From Felis catus (Eukaryota), in NCBI RefSeq assembly GCF_018350175.1, contig NC_058368.1, positions 98,148,001 to 98,212,000 on the forward strand: a DNA stretch of 64,000 nucleotides. The letters are read 5' to 3'. Below the pieces are notes generated by a model. That model had not been told where the DNA came from. It did no database searches and saw only the letters and a program-made list of their open reading frames with translations. This document shows, in pieces, positions 24,380 through 35,961 of this stretch. The position numbers were made by a program, and so were the translations under genes. Numbering within the stretch: the stretch's first letter is position 1; each line of letters opens with the position of its first letter.

Positions 24380-24422
24380 CATCTGGCCAGGGTGCTGACT
24401 CCATAGCCACCTTCCTCAGCAT
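24380..24422 (-). other. Candidate first coding exon MLRKVAMESAPWPD (phase 1)
   Basis: Two in-frame ATGs in good Kozak context (aagATG, gctATGg); donor G|gtatgt at 24379. Confidence 0.2.
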
Positions 24423-24519
24423 CTTTCCTTGTGTGTTGTGGATACAGTGCTTCGGCTGCCTGGAGATGCTCTGCAGAGTGCGCTAGCACAGGTGACTGTC
24501 TCGGTCCCTGGTAATGGAG

Positions 24520-24555
24520 TTGGGCTTAAGGGTGGGGCGTGGGGCAGGGGAGGAA
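24520..24555 (-). promoter_or_regulatory. Sp/KLF GC-box plus CACCC element
   Basis: gggtggggcgtggggcagggg contains GGGGCGTGG and GGGTGGGG, about 110 bp upstream of the ATG at 24422 on minus. Confidence 0.3.
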
Positions 24556-25205
24556 CAGTCCCCATCAGTGGTCAGTCAAGTGGTTGCTGCGCATGTCTTG
24601 CTTCATAATGGGGTTATAAGGAAAATGGGGCAGAGGCTTGGTGTACCGCCGAGGAAGGCATTTAGAGAAACTCCCTCAGTTACTCAGGCATCCCTAGCCC
24701 CATGTGACCTCACAGCATGTGAAACGGGAGCCTGAGCCAGGGCAGCCAACCCAGCAGGACTCCTGGAGAGACAACAGAGACTTCATAACTTGGGTCATTT
24801 GTGGTCATCTCTCCCTCTCTCTCTCTGCATATATATTCAGTATGTATATATTTATTGGTGTATTTATTTAACATGAAAGATCTTTTTTTAAGACCAAACA
24901 CCATGCCCATAGAATGATGTTTTCATTTGTTTTGTGAGTTAGCTGTTTAGGTAGGCTCTCCTCCTATGCACACATAAAGTCATGGGAGCTTTCCCTAAGT
25001 TGGCACATATGCAGTATTAAAAAGTAAAAACTTACTTTTGCATTTTTTTTTTTTTTCAGTTTTGGAAAACTGGTAAGTGTAGGGACTTGCCTGTGTGAAC
25101 CATATGTTCGAATAAGTGCTGGGAGGATGGGAACAGAATCTGTTTTCCAGGAGATAGATGCAGTGAGTGTTGAACGATCTATTTGCCGTTTAACACTTTT
25201 CACTA

Positions 25206-25392
25206 GGGTGCCTGGGTGGCTCCGTCTGTTAAGTGTCCTGACTCTTGATTTCGACTCAGGTCGTGATCTCACAGTTCGTGAGTTTCAGCCCCGAGTGGGG
25301 CTCTGTGCTGACATTGTGGAGTCTGCTTGGGATTTTCTCTGCCCCTCTCCCACTCAAAATAAATAAATATACCTAAAAAATTAAAAAGAAAA
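25206..25392 (+). mobile_element. Can-SINE
   Basis: gggtgcctgggtggctc head, tail. Confidence 0.92.
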
Positions 25393-25573
25393 ACAACACT
25401 TTTTATTCTAGCGGAGCTGGGAATTTTCAGACCTGCAGCCTCTTCATTCCCTTCAGCCATGATGGTTTCCAACTGTATCTCTTCCAATTAACTTCAGAGG
25501 GATTTCCTTGTTGCTCCGGGGAGGTTTGCAGTTGTGAACATATTTCTTTACTGTTTCTCAATCTTAGAAAAAA

Positions 25574-25774
25574 AATTTTTTAATGTTTATTTTTGACAGA
25601 GAGACAGAGCATGAGTGGGGGCGGGGGGTGGGGCAGAGAGAGAGAGAGAGAGGAAGACACAGAATCCGAAGCAGGCTCCAGGCTCCGAGCTGTCAGCACA
25701 GAGCGCAGCACGGGGCTTTGAACTCACAAACTAAGTCGGATGCTTAACCGACTGAGCCACCCAGGTGCCTCCCC
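25574..25774 (-). mobile_element. Can-SINE (internal deletion)
   Basis: gacacagaatccgaagcaggctcc core. Confidence 0.92.
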
Positions 25775-27033
25775 GTTTTTCAACCTGTTAATTTGCCGCT
25801 GATATTGTTCTTAGGAGGTAAATCCTTCCAACCCGCTAAATTTATTAATTTTTGTTGTTGTTTTGGCCTGCATTTGGAAAGCACACAGGAGGAAGAATTC
25901 TGCATTCAAAAATCTTTGTATTTTTTTTTTTTTTAATCTCATGTATTCTTGGTACCATCAAATTACAGGTATAATGTGAAAAGCGGGCCTGCCATGAAAG
26001 GAAGTTACGTAAAAAGTGAGCCTTGGGTCATGAGCACAGTGACATTGACTGACTGTCCTCCCTCCCAGCCATCTAGAGGGTCATCCCATTTTTCAGGAGC
26101 TGCCTGTGGAATGGGCCGTTACACTACATGGCATAGCCTCTAGCTGTGACCTGCAGCCCCCAAATGTTGTGGGGAGTATGGCCAGAGTCACAAAAGATGA
26201 GTCCGCAAAGTGCAGTTAAGTGAAGGTTCTCATACTCGAGTCCGAATGAGGCCCTGACTCCAGAATGCAGCTTCTTTTTATTAAGATAATTGCTAAAGAC
26301 TATGTGCATAAAGTCAGCTAAGCAAGCGTGTTAATCGGTCTAATGGTTTAGCTTTTTAAGGTTGAATTTCGAGTTAATTGGTTTCTGTATCACTAGGAAG
26401 GGTCAGGTGTGAAGGAGGATCCGGCCCTGGACCATGTTCATGGCTCTAGGCATTCCTTACGAGCTGCAGCTGCATTCAGCTGTGTAAACATGTCCTAAGG
26501 CCTTGCACCTTCTCCAGCCCTTCCCTTTTGAAGTCTTTTCCTTTGATACTTCTCTCCTGCATCTCCCACACCCAAACTTTGTTACCCTGACACAGTGCAC
26601 AATCTCAAGGGCAGCTATCCATGGGGTCTCCTTATGGAGCGAAGCAATTGGTTGTCCTCTGTTGTCACGTGGGCAAATCCCTCATGCCTCTTACCCCTGC
26701 TTATTTCAGTTACCACCACAAGTACACGCCTCTCCCTCTGTCCTTATCATCTGGATTCTTTTCCCTGTACTGCTCTGCACAGCCCTCATCTGACTCCTCC
26801 CTGCACCAAAGCCCTTCCACAAACTTCCCGCTCAGGTCAGCAAATTCTCTCCATCCTCATGTTGTTACAGAACGTTCCCTTGACTTCCTGACCCAAACCA
26901 TAAACCTGACTGTCATCAGAGGGCATGGTTTTCCCTCAGAACTCTGCCACACAGGCAGTTTCCCCTCCCACATCCCCATGTCTTAGGGCGTGAACGTAAT
27001 TTCCTCATCCACCTAGTTCCTCACTGTCACTTC

Positions 27034-27457
27034 TGTTGACCTGAAAACAAAAAAGCCATGCAAGAGTTTATCCCAAGCGTTTATTTGGAATCAAAGAATT
27101 ACAGCTTAGGTACACAGATTTAGGTAGAAACCCAAAAGACTGTCCCACTTACAGGAGGTAGACTCAGAGTTTTTACAGAAAAACGGGAGGATTAGGTAAG
27201 TTGTTTTTAAGAGGAGTTCATCCGTGCTGACAAGTAAGGCTAGCTTTGTACTTCATTGACTGGTCAGGAGACGTGTTCACTCTGCACAAGTTCACTTTTA
27301 TCAGTAAACGGGATCTGCTCCTTTTCGCTGACACCTTGGAATGTTGGCAGTTTGGCACAGTTTAAAGATTTAGAAAACAGAACATGCAAGGTAGTTCCTT
27401 TGAAATGGCTGCTCCAGCTCTATTTTGAAAATGGCTCCAGTTCTGTCATTTTCCACA
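27034..27457 (-). mobile_element. Solo LTR, ERV1-type
   Basis: TG...CA termini (tgttga...ttccaca); 4-bp near-TSD cttc/cttt; AATAAA on minus near 27080. Confidence 0.7.
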
Positions 27458-27572
27458 CTTTTAAACTGTTATCTGTCATTCTGCTTTCTCTCCTCATCCC
27501 CTGGCCACACTGAACCTTTTTTTCTTTTTCTTAAACCATCTCAAGCTCTTTCCTATCTTGTACAGCCTCATA

Positions 27573-27911
27573 CAGTTGATCCTTGAACAACATGGGTTTG
27601 AGCTGCACAGGTCCACTTATATGTGGATTTTTTTTTTTTTTTTTATAAATACAGCATGGCCCTGTGAATGTATTTTCCTTATGATTGTCTTAATAACGTT
27701 TTATTTAACTTACTTGATTGTAAGGCTGCAGTGTATAATACATGTAATAGAGAAAGTATGTGTTCATTGACTGTTGTTGTTATTGGTAAGACTTGTGGTC
27801 AACAACAGACTGTTAGTGGTTAAGTATTGGAGAGTCAGAAGTTACATGTGGATTTTCAGCTGTGTAGCAGGTCTGCACCTCGCATCCCCTGTGTTATTCC
27901 AGGGTCAACTG
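27573..27911 (+). mobile_element. Tigger2a/MER28-like DNA transposon (TcMar-Tigger)
   Basis: TIRs cagttgatccttgaacaaca and tgttattccagggtcaactg, TA on both sides. Confidence 0.9.
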
Positions 27912-27950
27912 TACCTGCAGTTCCTTCTTGCTGGTAAAGTTCTCTCTGCT

Positions 27951-28160
27951 GGGGTGCCTGGGTGGCCCAGTCAGTTAAGTGTCTTACTTTGGCTTAGGTC
28001 AAGATCTTGTGATTCATGGGTTTGAGCCCCACATCAGGCTCTTAGCTGATAGCTGAGAGCCTAGAGCCTGCTTGGGATTCTGTGTCTCCCTCTCTCTCTC
28101 CCCCTCCCTTGCTCACACTCTGCCTCTTTCTCAAAAATAAATAAATATTAAAAAAAAAAT
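27951..28160 (+). mobile_element. Can-SINE
   Basis: ggggtgcctgggtggc head, CT tract, tail. Confidence 0.93.
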
Positions 28161-28178
28161 AATGACAGTAGTGGATAA

Positions 28179-28714
28179 CATAGAGGACCAAAATCTGCCA
28201 CCCCAAAATGTGTCCTTTTAGCATGTGTCTCATTATTTTAAGCTGATTATTTGTAAGAAACAGCATTCATGAAATTTTTCTTGCCTCTCCCGCAACCACC
28301 TAAATGAATTTAGGTAGATAACCTGTTTCATGAAGTGAGCTGTCACCACAGATAACCACAGTGTAATAGCAACGGGGAGTGACAGACAGGGAGGAACCCG
28401 GCAAGGCCTGTCTGATCAAAGCCCTCGCTCTATTCCATTGTTTCTTAGTGGCCCAGCAAACTTGTGTTCACCAAACATTTCTCTTTCCATTCTTCTGTGA
28501 ACTGGTTTCCTTTCCTTTAAGCCTCAGACCCCTACCCCTTCTCCTTATTCCAGAATGGCATTTATACCTCATCTTGCCTGTCTTTGGAATCTGTCCGTTT
28601 ATGTGGATTCCCCTACGTGCATAATTAAATTTAATTTTCTTTTAATCTGTCTCCTGTCAATTAAATTCTCAGAACAGCCAGAACATTGAATGGTAAAGTT
28701 TTTCCTCCCTAACA
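28179..28714 (+). mobile_element. Solo LTR, MER34-like (ERV1)
   Basis: Starts ..agaggaccaaaatctgccaccccaaaat, ends tttttcctccctaaca; 4-bp near-TSD ataa/gtaa. Confidence 0.75.
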
Positions 28715-28939
28715 GTAACATAGGGAGTTTGCTAAAATTCTTTAAGTCCATAACGGAACTGCGATACTGCAAGAAAAGAAGGAGGTAGGTAGGGAGGCAG
28801 AGGCAGGGGTGAGACCAGCTGTGGGTGTGTAAGCTTGCATGCACATGCATGTGTAAAGTAAACGTTTTCCCTGTCAGTTTGGAAGCTTAGGAGAAGGTGT
28901 TCAAATGTTTAGAATTTTTGAGATTAAAAGTAATTCGGG

Positions 28940-29110
28940 GGGGGGTCCCCTCTGGATGGCTTAGTCGGCTAAGTGTCAGACTCCTGATTTTGGCTCAGGT
29001 CATGATCTCCCGGTTTGTGAGTTCAAGCCCCAAGTCAGGCTCCGTGCTGAGTGTGGAGGCTGCTTGGGATTCTCTGTCTCCCTCTCTGTCTGCCTTTGCC
29101 AGCTCACATG

Positions 29111-29147
<37 letters not shown>

Positions 29148-29170
29148 AAATAAACATTTTTTTTTTTGAA
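28940..29170 (+). mobile_element. Can-SINE
   Basis: ggctcaggtcatgatctc core, (CT)n. Confidence 0.92.
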
Positions 29171-29951
29171 AAAATTTAGACAAATGAAGGGGAGTCTGAA
29201 AAGCAAGGAGCAGGTACAATGTGAGGGATGGAGTGACATTTCCTGCTCCCTCTCACCTTATAAAACCACCATATTCCAAGAAAATAAGTAACAGTAAATT
29301 ACCTGCTTTGAAAAAAACAAATCTAACTATCTATACAGTTTGTTATAACTAACGCATTCTAAAGAAGTATGTTATTTTAAAATACAAAACGTTGCACTTT
29401 GGCATTTCTTGAGTACCACAGCCGACACTTGATACTCATTCAGATATGCATGTAAATGCTATAAACACAGAGTATTTTACTTATCTATATGATGGGCAAA
29501 CTAAAACGCTTTCCTAATTAAAAGCATTCCCTATAGAAATGCATCCTGCACAGAAACTAGTAATAACTTTAATAAGACATTAGTGTTTACTCCAAAATCT
29601 AAAGCTGACATAGGTAATGTTATATAACCTACAATCCAGGTACGTGTCAAGTTAAACCAAGCAGGACTGACCTCAGGCAAAACTGACCTCAGGCAAAACA
29701 AGTTTATCCTTCATGCCCAGGCTTCTCCCCCCAGTTCTAGAAGATTTCTATAGCCAGTGCATTGCCGGGAGTTATTTGCTGACTTTATTTCTCCTCATCA
29801 CAGAAAGCTTATCTCTGCCTCATGCCTGGTCTCTTCAACTCTCTACCCCCTGATTCCCATGGTATTGCACAGAATTTCACCCTCTGTACCCCTTTCCTTC
29901 ATGGTTTACAGTATTTAATGCTAGGTAGCATTAAAAGTCATTCCTGTTTGT

Positions 29952-30157
29952 GGGGCCCCGGGGTGGCTCAGTCAGTTAAGTGTCCAACTTTGGCTCAGGT
30001 CATGATCTCGTGGTTTGTGAGTTTGAGCCCCACGTTGGGCTCTGTGCTGACAGCTCAGGGTGTGGAGCCTGCTTTGGATTCTGTGTGTGTCTCTCTCTGC
30101 CCCTCCTGCACTTGTGCTCTGTCTCTCCCTCTCAAAAATAAGTTAACATTAAAAAAC
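29952..30157 (+). mobile_element. Can-SINE
   Basis: Head, core, tail; TSD cattcctgttt. Confidence 0.93.
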
Positions 30158-31449
30158 ACCATTCCTGTTTAGCCTGCTAATTAGAACTAGGTGACTGCCC
30201 CATACCCGTGTGAACAGAAGCCATCTGAAGACTATACCATGGCTTTTTCTTGAATGCCTTGGTTATGTAATTATTTAACTTCCTCTGTGAACCTACAGCC
30301 CTGTGTATATCTTTGAACACGCAATACTTAATAGAGGAGTTATTACTGTCTAGGTCTTTATCTTATCCCAATTACACCACATTCCTTTCAGGCAGATAGC
30401 GTATCTTGAAGGTTGTTGTATCCTCACATGTAGCCCAATACTTAGTGCATTATAAATGGCTCACAAAAAAGCTACTGAACTTAATTGTCAAATTGAAGAT
30501 CATTTACTTGCACAGTCCAGAAGCAGAAATTGCATTTAAGAGGGAATTCTTTTGGGAAAGACTAAACTATTAAGAGCAATAATAGAGAGGCAAAGGTAAA
30601 GGTAAAGTTTTCCCCAGTTCATGGAAAAACTCCCTCATGTTGGCAGTAAGTAGATTCAAACACCCTTGTAGTTGAAACACAGGTAACCCTGTGGGAGAAC
30701 CTGTGTTCAACCTTGATAAAGTCCAGGAAAGAATCGATTTCAGAAACAAAATGAATTTGGGCCATTTGCTGTTGAGTTGCCATTTTTACCTAGGTGATTC
30801 TTATTGTTTGTTAAACTCAGCAAAAAGGAAACTGTACCCAAAAAAGTTTTCAACAATGAAAGTACAATGTATTATATAAGTCACCATCAATTGCCTTCTG
30901 GAGCTTAAAACCATAATGTATATAATATCCTGTTCCTAAAAAAAAGAAGCAGTGTCTCCAGAAAATAAAGGAAAAAAGAATAAGTTGATTTTGGAGTCAG
31001 ACAGCAATGATGGTTGACATCTATGGCCTATTGCAGTAGGACCAGATTCTAAAACTTTGAGCTATGGGAAATGACTCGTATTACTGTTCTCTAGATGTGA
31101 ATTCTAGAATCTCCAGATTCCAAGAGGGAATGAACCCTGCCTGGGGTGAAGGCAGCAAACCTGAACTCTAGACTCAGCATCAGTGTCTTCAGATCCCCTG
31201 ACAAATCACTTGACCTTGCACCTCCAATTCCTTGCCTGAACACCACAAATGTTGAACTTTATGTGATCTTAAGGTTCTTTCAAGGCATATCCTTAAATAA
31301 TATCTTCTTTTGGGGGAGTAAACATAAAATGGGATAAAACTGTTCATAAACTGTATAAGCATACACAACCTTGGAGAAACTACCCTCCTGTACCATCGAC
31401 AACTCCCAATCAGAGGCAAGCCTCAGATCTTGGAGCTTTTTTCTCGAAG

Positions 31450-31845
31450 ATGGTGGGCGTGCTGGCCACAGATGGCTCACTGCTGAGTCCTGTTCTAGGC
31501 GTTACCCTCAGGTGCAGGGAATTGACCGGTAACAAACACTTCTTCCCAGGAAACAGCTCGCCTCCAGCTCCTGATCAATGCAGAGGTCCAAGAGCTCATC
31601 CCTCTTGCTTCAATTTTGGGACAACACTGAAAGACCATCCTAGCTCCAGAGCAACCTAAGGATTTGGAGCCTGTGGTAACTTCACTGTTTCAGCAGATGT
31701 TCCCATAGAGTGCTGGCTTCCTCCCCCCAGCCCAAACCTGCTTCCCTCACTCCCTTATAGGGATTGGATCCAAAAGGATTCCACAGTATCCCCCCTGCCA
31801 GCACATCTCCAACTCAAGTCTGTGTTCCGGGGACTCCAACCTCAG
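31450..31845 (+). mobile_element. LTR16-like ERVL/ERV3 LTR
   Basis: cttcaattttgggacaacactgaaag..cctgcttccctcactccctta..atctccaactcaagtctgtgttccgggg..ccaacct resembles the recalled LTR16 3' end. Confidence 0.7.
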
Positions 31846-31993
31846 ATGGTTGGTACTAAAAATGGTCCTAGGAAGCAAATTATAAAATGGAATTTTAGAA
31901 GGCTTATGAGAAGGATCCCTTCACTGGTAATAGCTGGAATACTTCTCATTCCTGGCATGCACTGCTGGTGCAGTTATAAAAACGTGTACCTGT

Positions 31994-32222
31994 GGGGCGC
32001 CTGGGTGACTCTGTAGGTAGGTTAAGCATCTGACTCTTGATCTCAGCTCAGGTCATGATTCCAGTTAATGAATTAGAGCCCCGCAGCAGGCTCTGTCCTA
32101 GTGGTGTAGAGCCCGCTTGGGATTCTGTCTCTCCTTCTCTCTGCCCCTCCCCCACATGTGAACATGCTCGCTCTCTTTCTCTCTCAAAATAAATAAATAA
32201 AGTCAAAAAAATGAAAGAAAAA
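31994..32222 (+). mobile_element. Can-SINE
   Basis: ggggcgcctgggtg head; TSD acctgtg. Confidence 0.92.
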
Positions 32223-32774
32223 TCTTAACACCTGTGGTAAACTGGAACGAGTTGTCCCTGCGTCAGAAAGCACTAACAGGTATAGAGTCCGGGATATTTG
32301 AGAGGCTGAGGGAAAATGAAAGTATAAAAATCAAAGAAACAAACAACTTCTGCCGGCAGCTACTGATGTCCTGTAGAAATTCAGTGAAGCTCTGTGGGGG
32401 ACCGGTCTCAAATTTAAAGCTAAGTATAAAAGTCAGAGGACCTTCTTGGGAATATGAAGAGATTCACATCTACTGGAACCAGAGTGCAGAGAAAACTTAA
32501 GATCAGGCCTAACACTGTATTATAAGGTAAAGTCTAGAGGAGGAAAGCTGAATTCTCACCCCCAGCACACATGCCACTCATGGTGGGGACATCGGGGTTG
32601 AGACCCTTGAGAATCTTAACACCTCACATCCCCCTGAACTCTCTAACCCTGCAGAAGTGCTTACGCTCTCAAACCCTAGAATGCTGCCCTTGCTTGCCGA
32701 TGATGCAGAGCCTTGAAATAGAGCACAGACCCTCCTAAGGTTCTCTGCCACCTCTACTCCTGGCTACAAGACAA

Positions 32775-32950
32775 TTTATTTTTAATTTTTTTAATGTTCA
32801 TTTATTTATGAGAGAGAGGGAGACACTTCATCAGAACCAGGCTCCATGGTGAGAGCAGAGAGCCGGATGCAGGACTTGAGCTCACAAATGGTGAATCATG
32901 ACCCGAGCTAAAATCAGAAGCCTAACCTACTGAGCCACCCAGATGGCCCC
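32775..32950 (-). mobile_element. Can-SINE (diverged)
   Basis: Core motifs; TSD tacaagac. Confidence 0.85.
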
Positions 32951-33931
32951 AATTACAAGACTATAAGTGAGGGTCAAATCACAGCACAACCCGGCCAAGC
33001 AAGTCCTGGGCCTGCTAGGGAAGGAGAGGGAGGTAGACGGAGCCACAGGCCCTGGTGAATGAGATTCATCAGGAGCCTGGACAGTGTGTACGGGGGCTGG
33101 ACGCTGAAGGCACTGGAGCAAAGAGTGTAGAGTGCGAAGTTGGAAAAGGGAGAGCTGATCAATATGGGGGATACTCTCCTCTGACACAGGAGTCCATAAT
33201 CTGGCAAGAATCCTGAAAGCTGATGCTGACACTCTGCTGGGATGGCTCTTAGAAGCCTAGAAAGAGCAATGAATGGCCTGCACCAAGAAAACAAGAAATG
33301 TCAGAATAGTTGTGATGATGGAGAACAGCTCAAAATGAACAAAAAAGGTGCTATGCCAGGGAAAACATTATAATATAAGGCAAAAAAAAAAAAAAAAAGT
33401 GAAAGACCCTTTACTGCTCACTGGCCAGCTGTGCTCTAGTGACAGGCTTAGAGATCAATATTCTGTGTCCTGAAGCAATGGGGGAGAAACACCGGAGATG
33501 GTGAGAAACTTATTGCTGGCTATTCCTTCTACAATGAGGGTAAGTGAAGAAGACGCTGCATAGTACTGGCCTACTGGATACCAGTAGGAATTTTGTCATT
33601 TTTTATAATTTTTATAATTTATAATCCTGAAATAATAAAAGACTGGAATTCAGTACTTCAGAAGCAAGGAGTATGCAGTTATCAAAATGAGACACAAGAT
33701 GGAGTGGTGAATGTTTCCTTATCAGGTGTCACATGCTCTTACGTTTTCAAACAATCTTCCTAGCCTCCGTTCAGGGGCACAATGATCACTTTGAAATGGT
33801 GTGAACTTTGTAAGCATTTCTTTTAAACTTTGTTAGGACAAAAGCAAACACTTTAGAGTTAATTTGGCCTTACTCATGAGGCAATAAGTACCCTTTTGAG
33901 GACTGTGCCCTACGTTCCATCTAGTATGACA

Positions 33932-34088
33932 GGGGTGCCTGGGGGGCTCAGTCTGTTGAGCATCTGACTCTTGGTTTCAGCTCAGGTCCTGATCCCAGGG
34001 TCATGGGATCAGGCCCCAGGTTGGACTCTATGCTGAGTGTGGAGCCTGCTTAAGCTTCTCTCTTTCCCTCTCTCTCTGCACCTCCCTG

Positions 34089-34183
<95 letters not shown>

Positions 34184-34200
34184 AACAAACAAACGAAAAA
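33932..34200 (+). mobile_element. Can-SINE with compound (CT)n(CA)n(CT)n
   Basis: Head, core; TSD ctagtatgacag. Confidence 0.93.
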
Positions 34201-34436
34201 ACTAGTATGACAGAAAAACTAAGCTAGCATGACTCAGGGAACACAATCAAAATGCAACCTTCTCCCATTGTCCCTTTAAAATTTACACCATGAAGGAAAA
34301 ATGTTCTCTTGCCCTTAGAAGAAACTCTCCACTAATCCCTATAAGTTTTTGTTCTCATTTAAAGTTAAAAATGTCCTCTAGTCACTTTCATATGCAAAAA
34401 GCTATCTCGCTCTCAAATTAAAATTAACCAGGCATA

Positions 34437-34648
34437 GGGGTGCCTGGTGTCCCAATTCTTGGTTTCGGCTCAGGTCATGATCTCATGGTCCATGAGTTTG
34501 AGCCCCACTTTGGGCTTCATGCTGTTAGTGCAGAACCTGCTTGGGATTGTCTCTCTCCTTCTCTTTCTGCCCTTCCCTCGCTTGTTCTGTCTCTCAAAAT
34601 ACATTTAAAAAGAAAGAAAGAAAGAAAAAAAAAAAAACCTTAAAAAAA
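34437..34648 (+). mobile_element. Can-SINE
   Basis: ggggtgcctgg head, core, poly-A. Confidence 0.9.
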
Positions 34649-35228
34649 TTACCCAGGCCTAGATGGTCACCCAAACTCAACTCTGGTCTCAGGTTGTGGC
34701 TGAAGGTGAGTCATTTGCAAATGGCAAAGGGGAGAAACAAAGACGATCTGTCTCTTTCCTTCACTACTTAACCAAGTCTCTTGCTCTGCTAACTGAGTTT
34801 CTGACACTCCTATGGAAGAATCTAGGAGGGAAAGGGAGTTTGGAGTCAAGAGAAGTCATATATGCTGGGTGGAGGTATCCTCTGTCACTGGGTCCCTCTG
34901 AGTGACAGATGTGCAAATGCCAATTCCATCTCATCAAAACCTTTGTGAACTTACCAGAGATGTTCCCCTCAAGCCATGCTAAATCTCTCAGGCTATAGTT
35001 CCTGCAGTGTGAAAAATACACATATTTTTCTGAGGGCCCTTTCCTGGTCGGCCCCAGGAATCCAGGTAAAACCCGCCACACAAAACTCCCTTTTGGTAAA
35101 CCTCTCTGGGAAGTTCTCTTGGGTAGAACTCTCAACACTTCCCCTGGTTCTATCTTCCCGGTGGGGTCCACCCTTGATGCACAGGAAGCACACATCCTTT
35201 GCACAGGTATTGCTGGGAGTGGGATATA

Positions 35229-35466
35229 CAGTAAAACCTTGGTTTTGAAGCATAATTCATTCTGGAAACTGCTTGTAATCCAAGGAACTCGTACATCAAA
35301 GTGAATTTCAAGAACCATTGGCTCAGCTGCGATCATATGACGTTTGGCAGCACCTACCACTCATCGCAAGCCATCACCCGTTTATCAAGTTAAAACTTAT
35401 TAGAAATGTTTGCTCGTCTTGTGGAACACTTACAGAACAAGTTACTCACAATCCAACGTTTTACTG
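35229..35466. mobile_element. 238-bp Tc1/mariner-Tigger-type MITE
   Basis: TIR cagtaaaaccttgg and ccaacgttttactg (13/14 match), TA on both sides. Confidence 0.85.
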
Positions 35467-35735
35467 TATTTCATATGCCCCTCTGTTCTCTTTCTTTGCC
35501 CTGCAGCCACTGGCTGAGAGCAACAACCTCTCATCTGGACCAGCAGGTACAGGTTATGTTTTCCCAAGTTGTCCTATTGAAGTGGTACCACCCTTACCTC
35601 CTCTTTCCCAAGGAGAAGTGGGAATCAAGGCAAGAATTCACAAACCCCTTTTCTCTCCTCTGGTTCTTGATACACCTGACCTGGGTCTTGGTCCCTGGGA
35701 GGAGTCCTCATGTCAGAAACAAATTTCTCCATTGC

Positions 35736-35961
35736 TTTTTGTTTGTTTGTTTGTGTATTTTTGAAAGATGGGGGAGGGGGGCGGGGAGAGAAAACTCAAG
35801 CTGGGGAGGAGCAGGGAGAGGAAGGACAGAGGATCCGAAGGAGGCTCTGTGCTGACAGCAGAGAGCCCAACACAGGGCTCAAACTCAGCAACCATGAGAT
35901 CATGACCTGAGACAAAGTTGGACACTCAGCCAACTTTGACTGAGCCACCCAGGCACCCCCC
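35736..35961 (-). mobile_element. Can-SINE
   Basis: gagatcatgacctgag core; ends caggcacccc. Confidence 0.92.

Larger units (their letters stand above)
31846..33720 (+). mobile_element. ERV3-16A3-like internal (leader/gag) remnant, interrupted by SINEs
   Basis: PBS-like gttggtactaaaaatggtcctaggaagc directly after the LTR; degenerate gag-like tract (gagctgatcaatatggggg..ctc). Confidence 0.6.

Noticed and set aside
30619..30783. 54-aa minus ORF MATQQQMAQIHFVSEIDSFLDFIK...
   Set aside because: Protein-like by eye, but no good splice sites or recognisable family.
34764..35360. 198-aa minus ORF, the longest non-L1 ORF
   Set aside because: Starts inside the MITE and crosses its TIR; no recognisable domain; likely chance.
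35318..35855. Two overlapping ~149-aa plus ORFs
   Set aside because: Both run from the MITE into an antisense SINE; composite repeat-derived frames.
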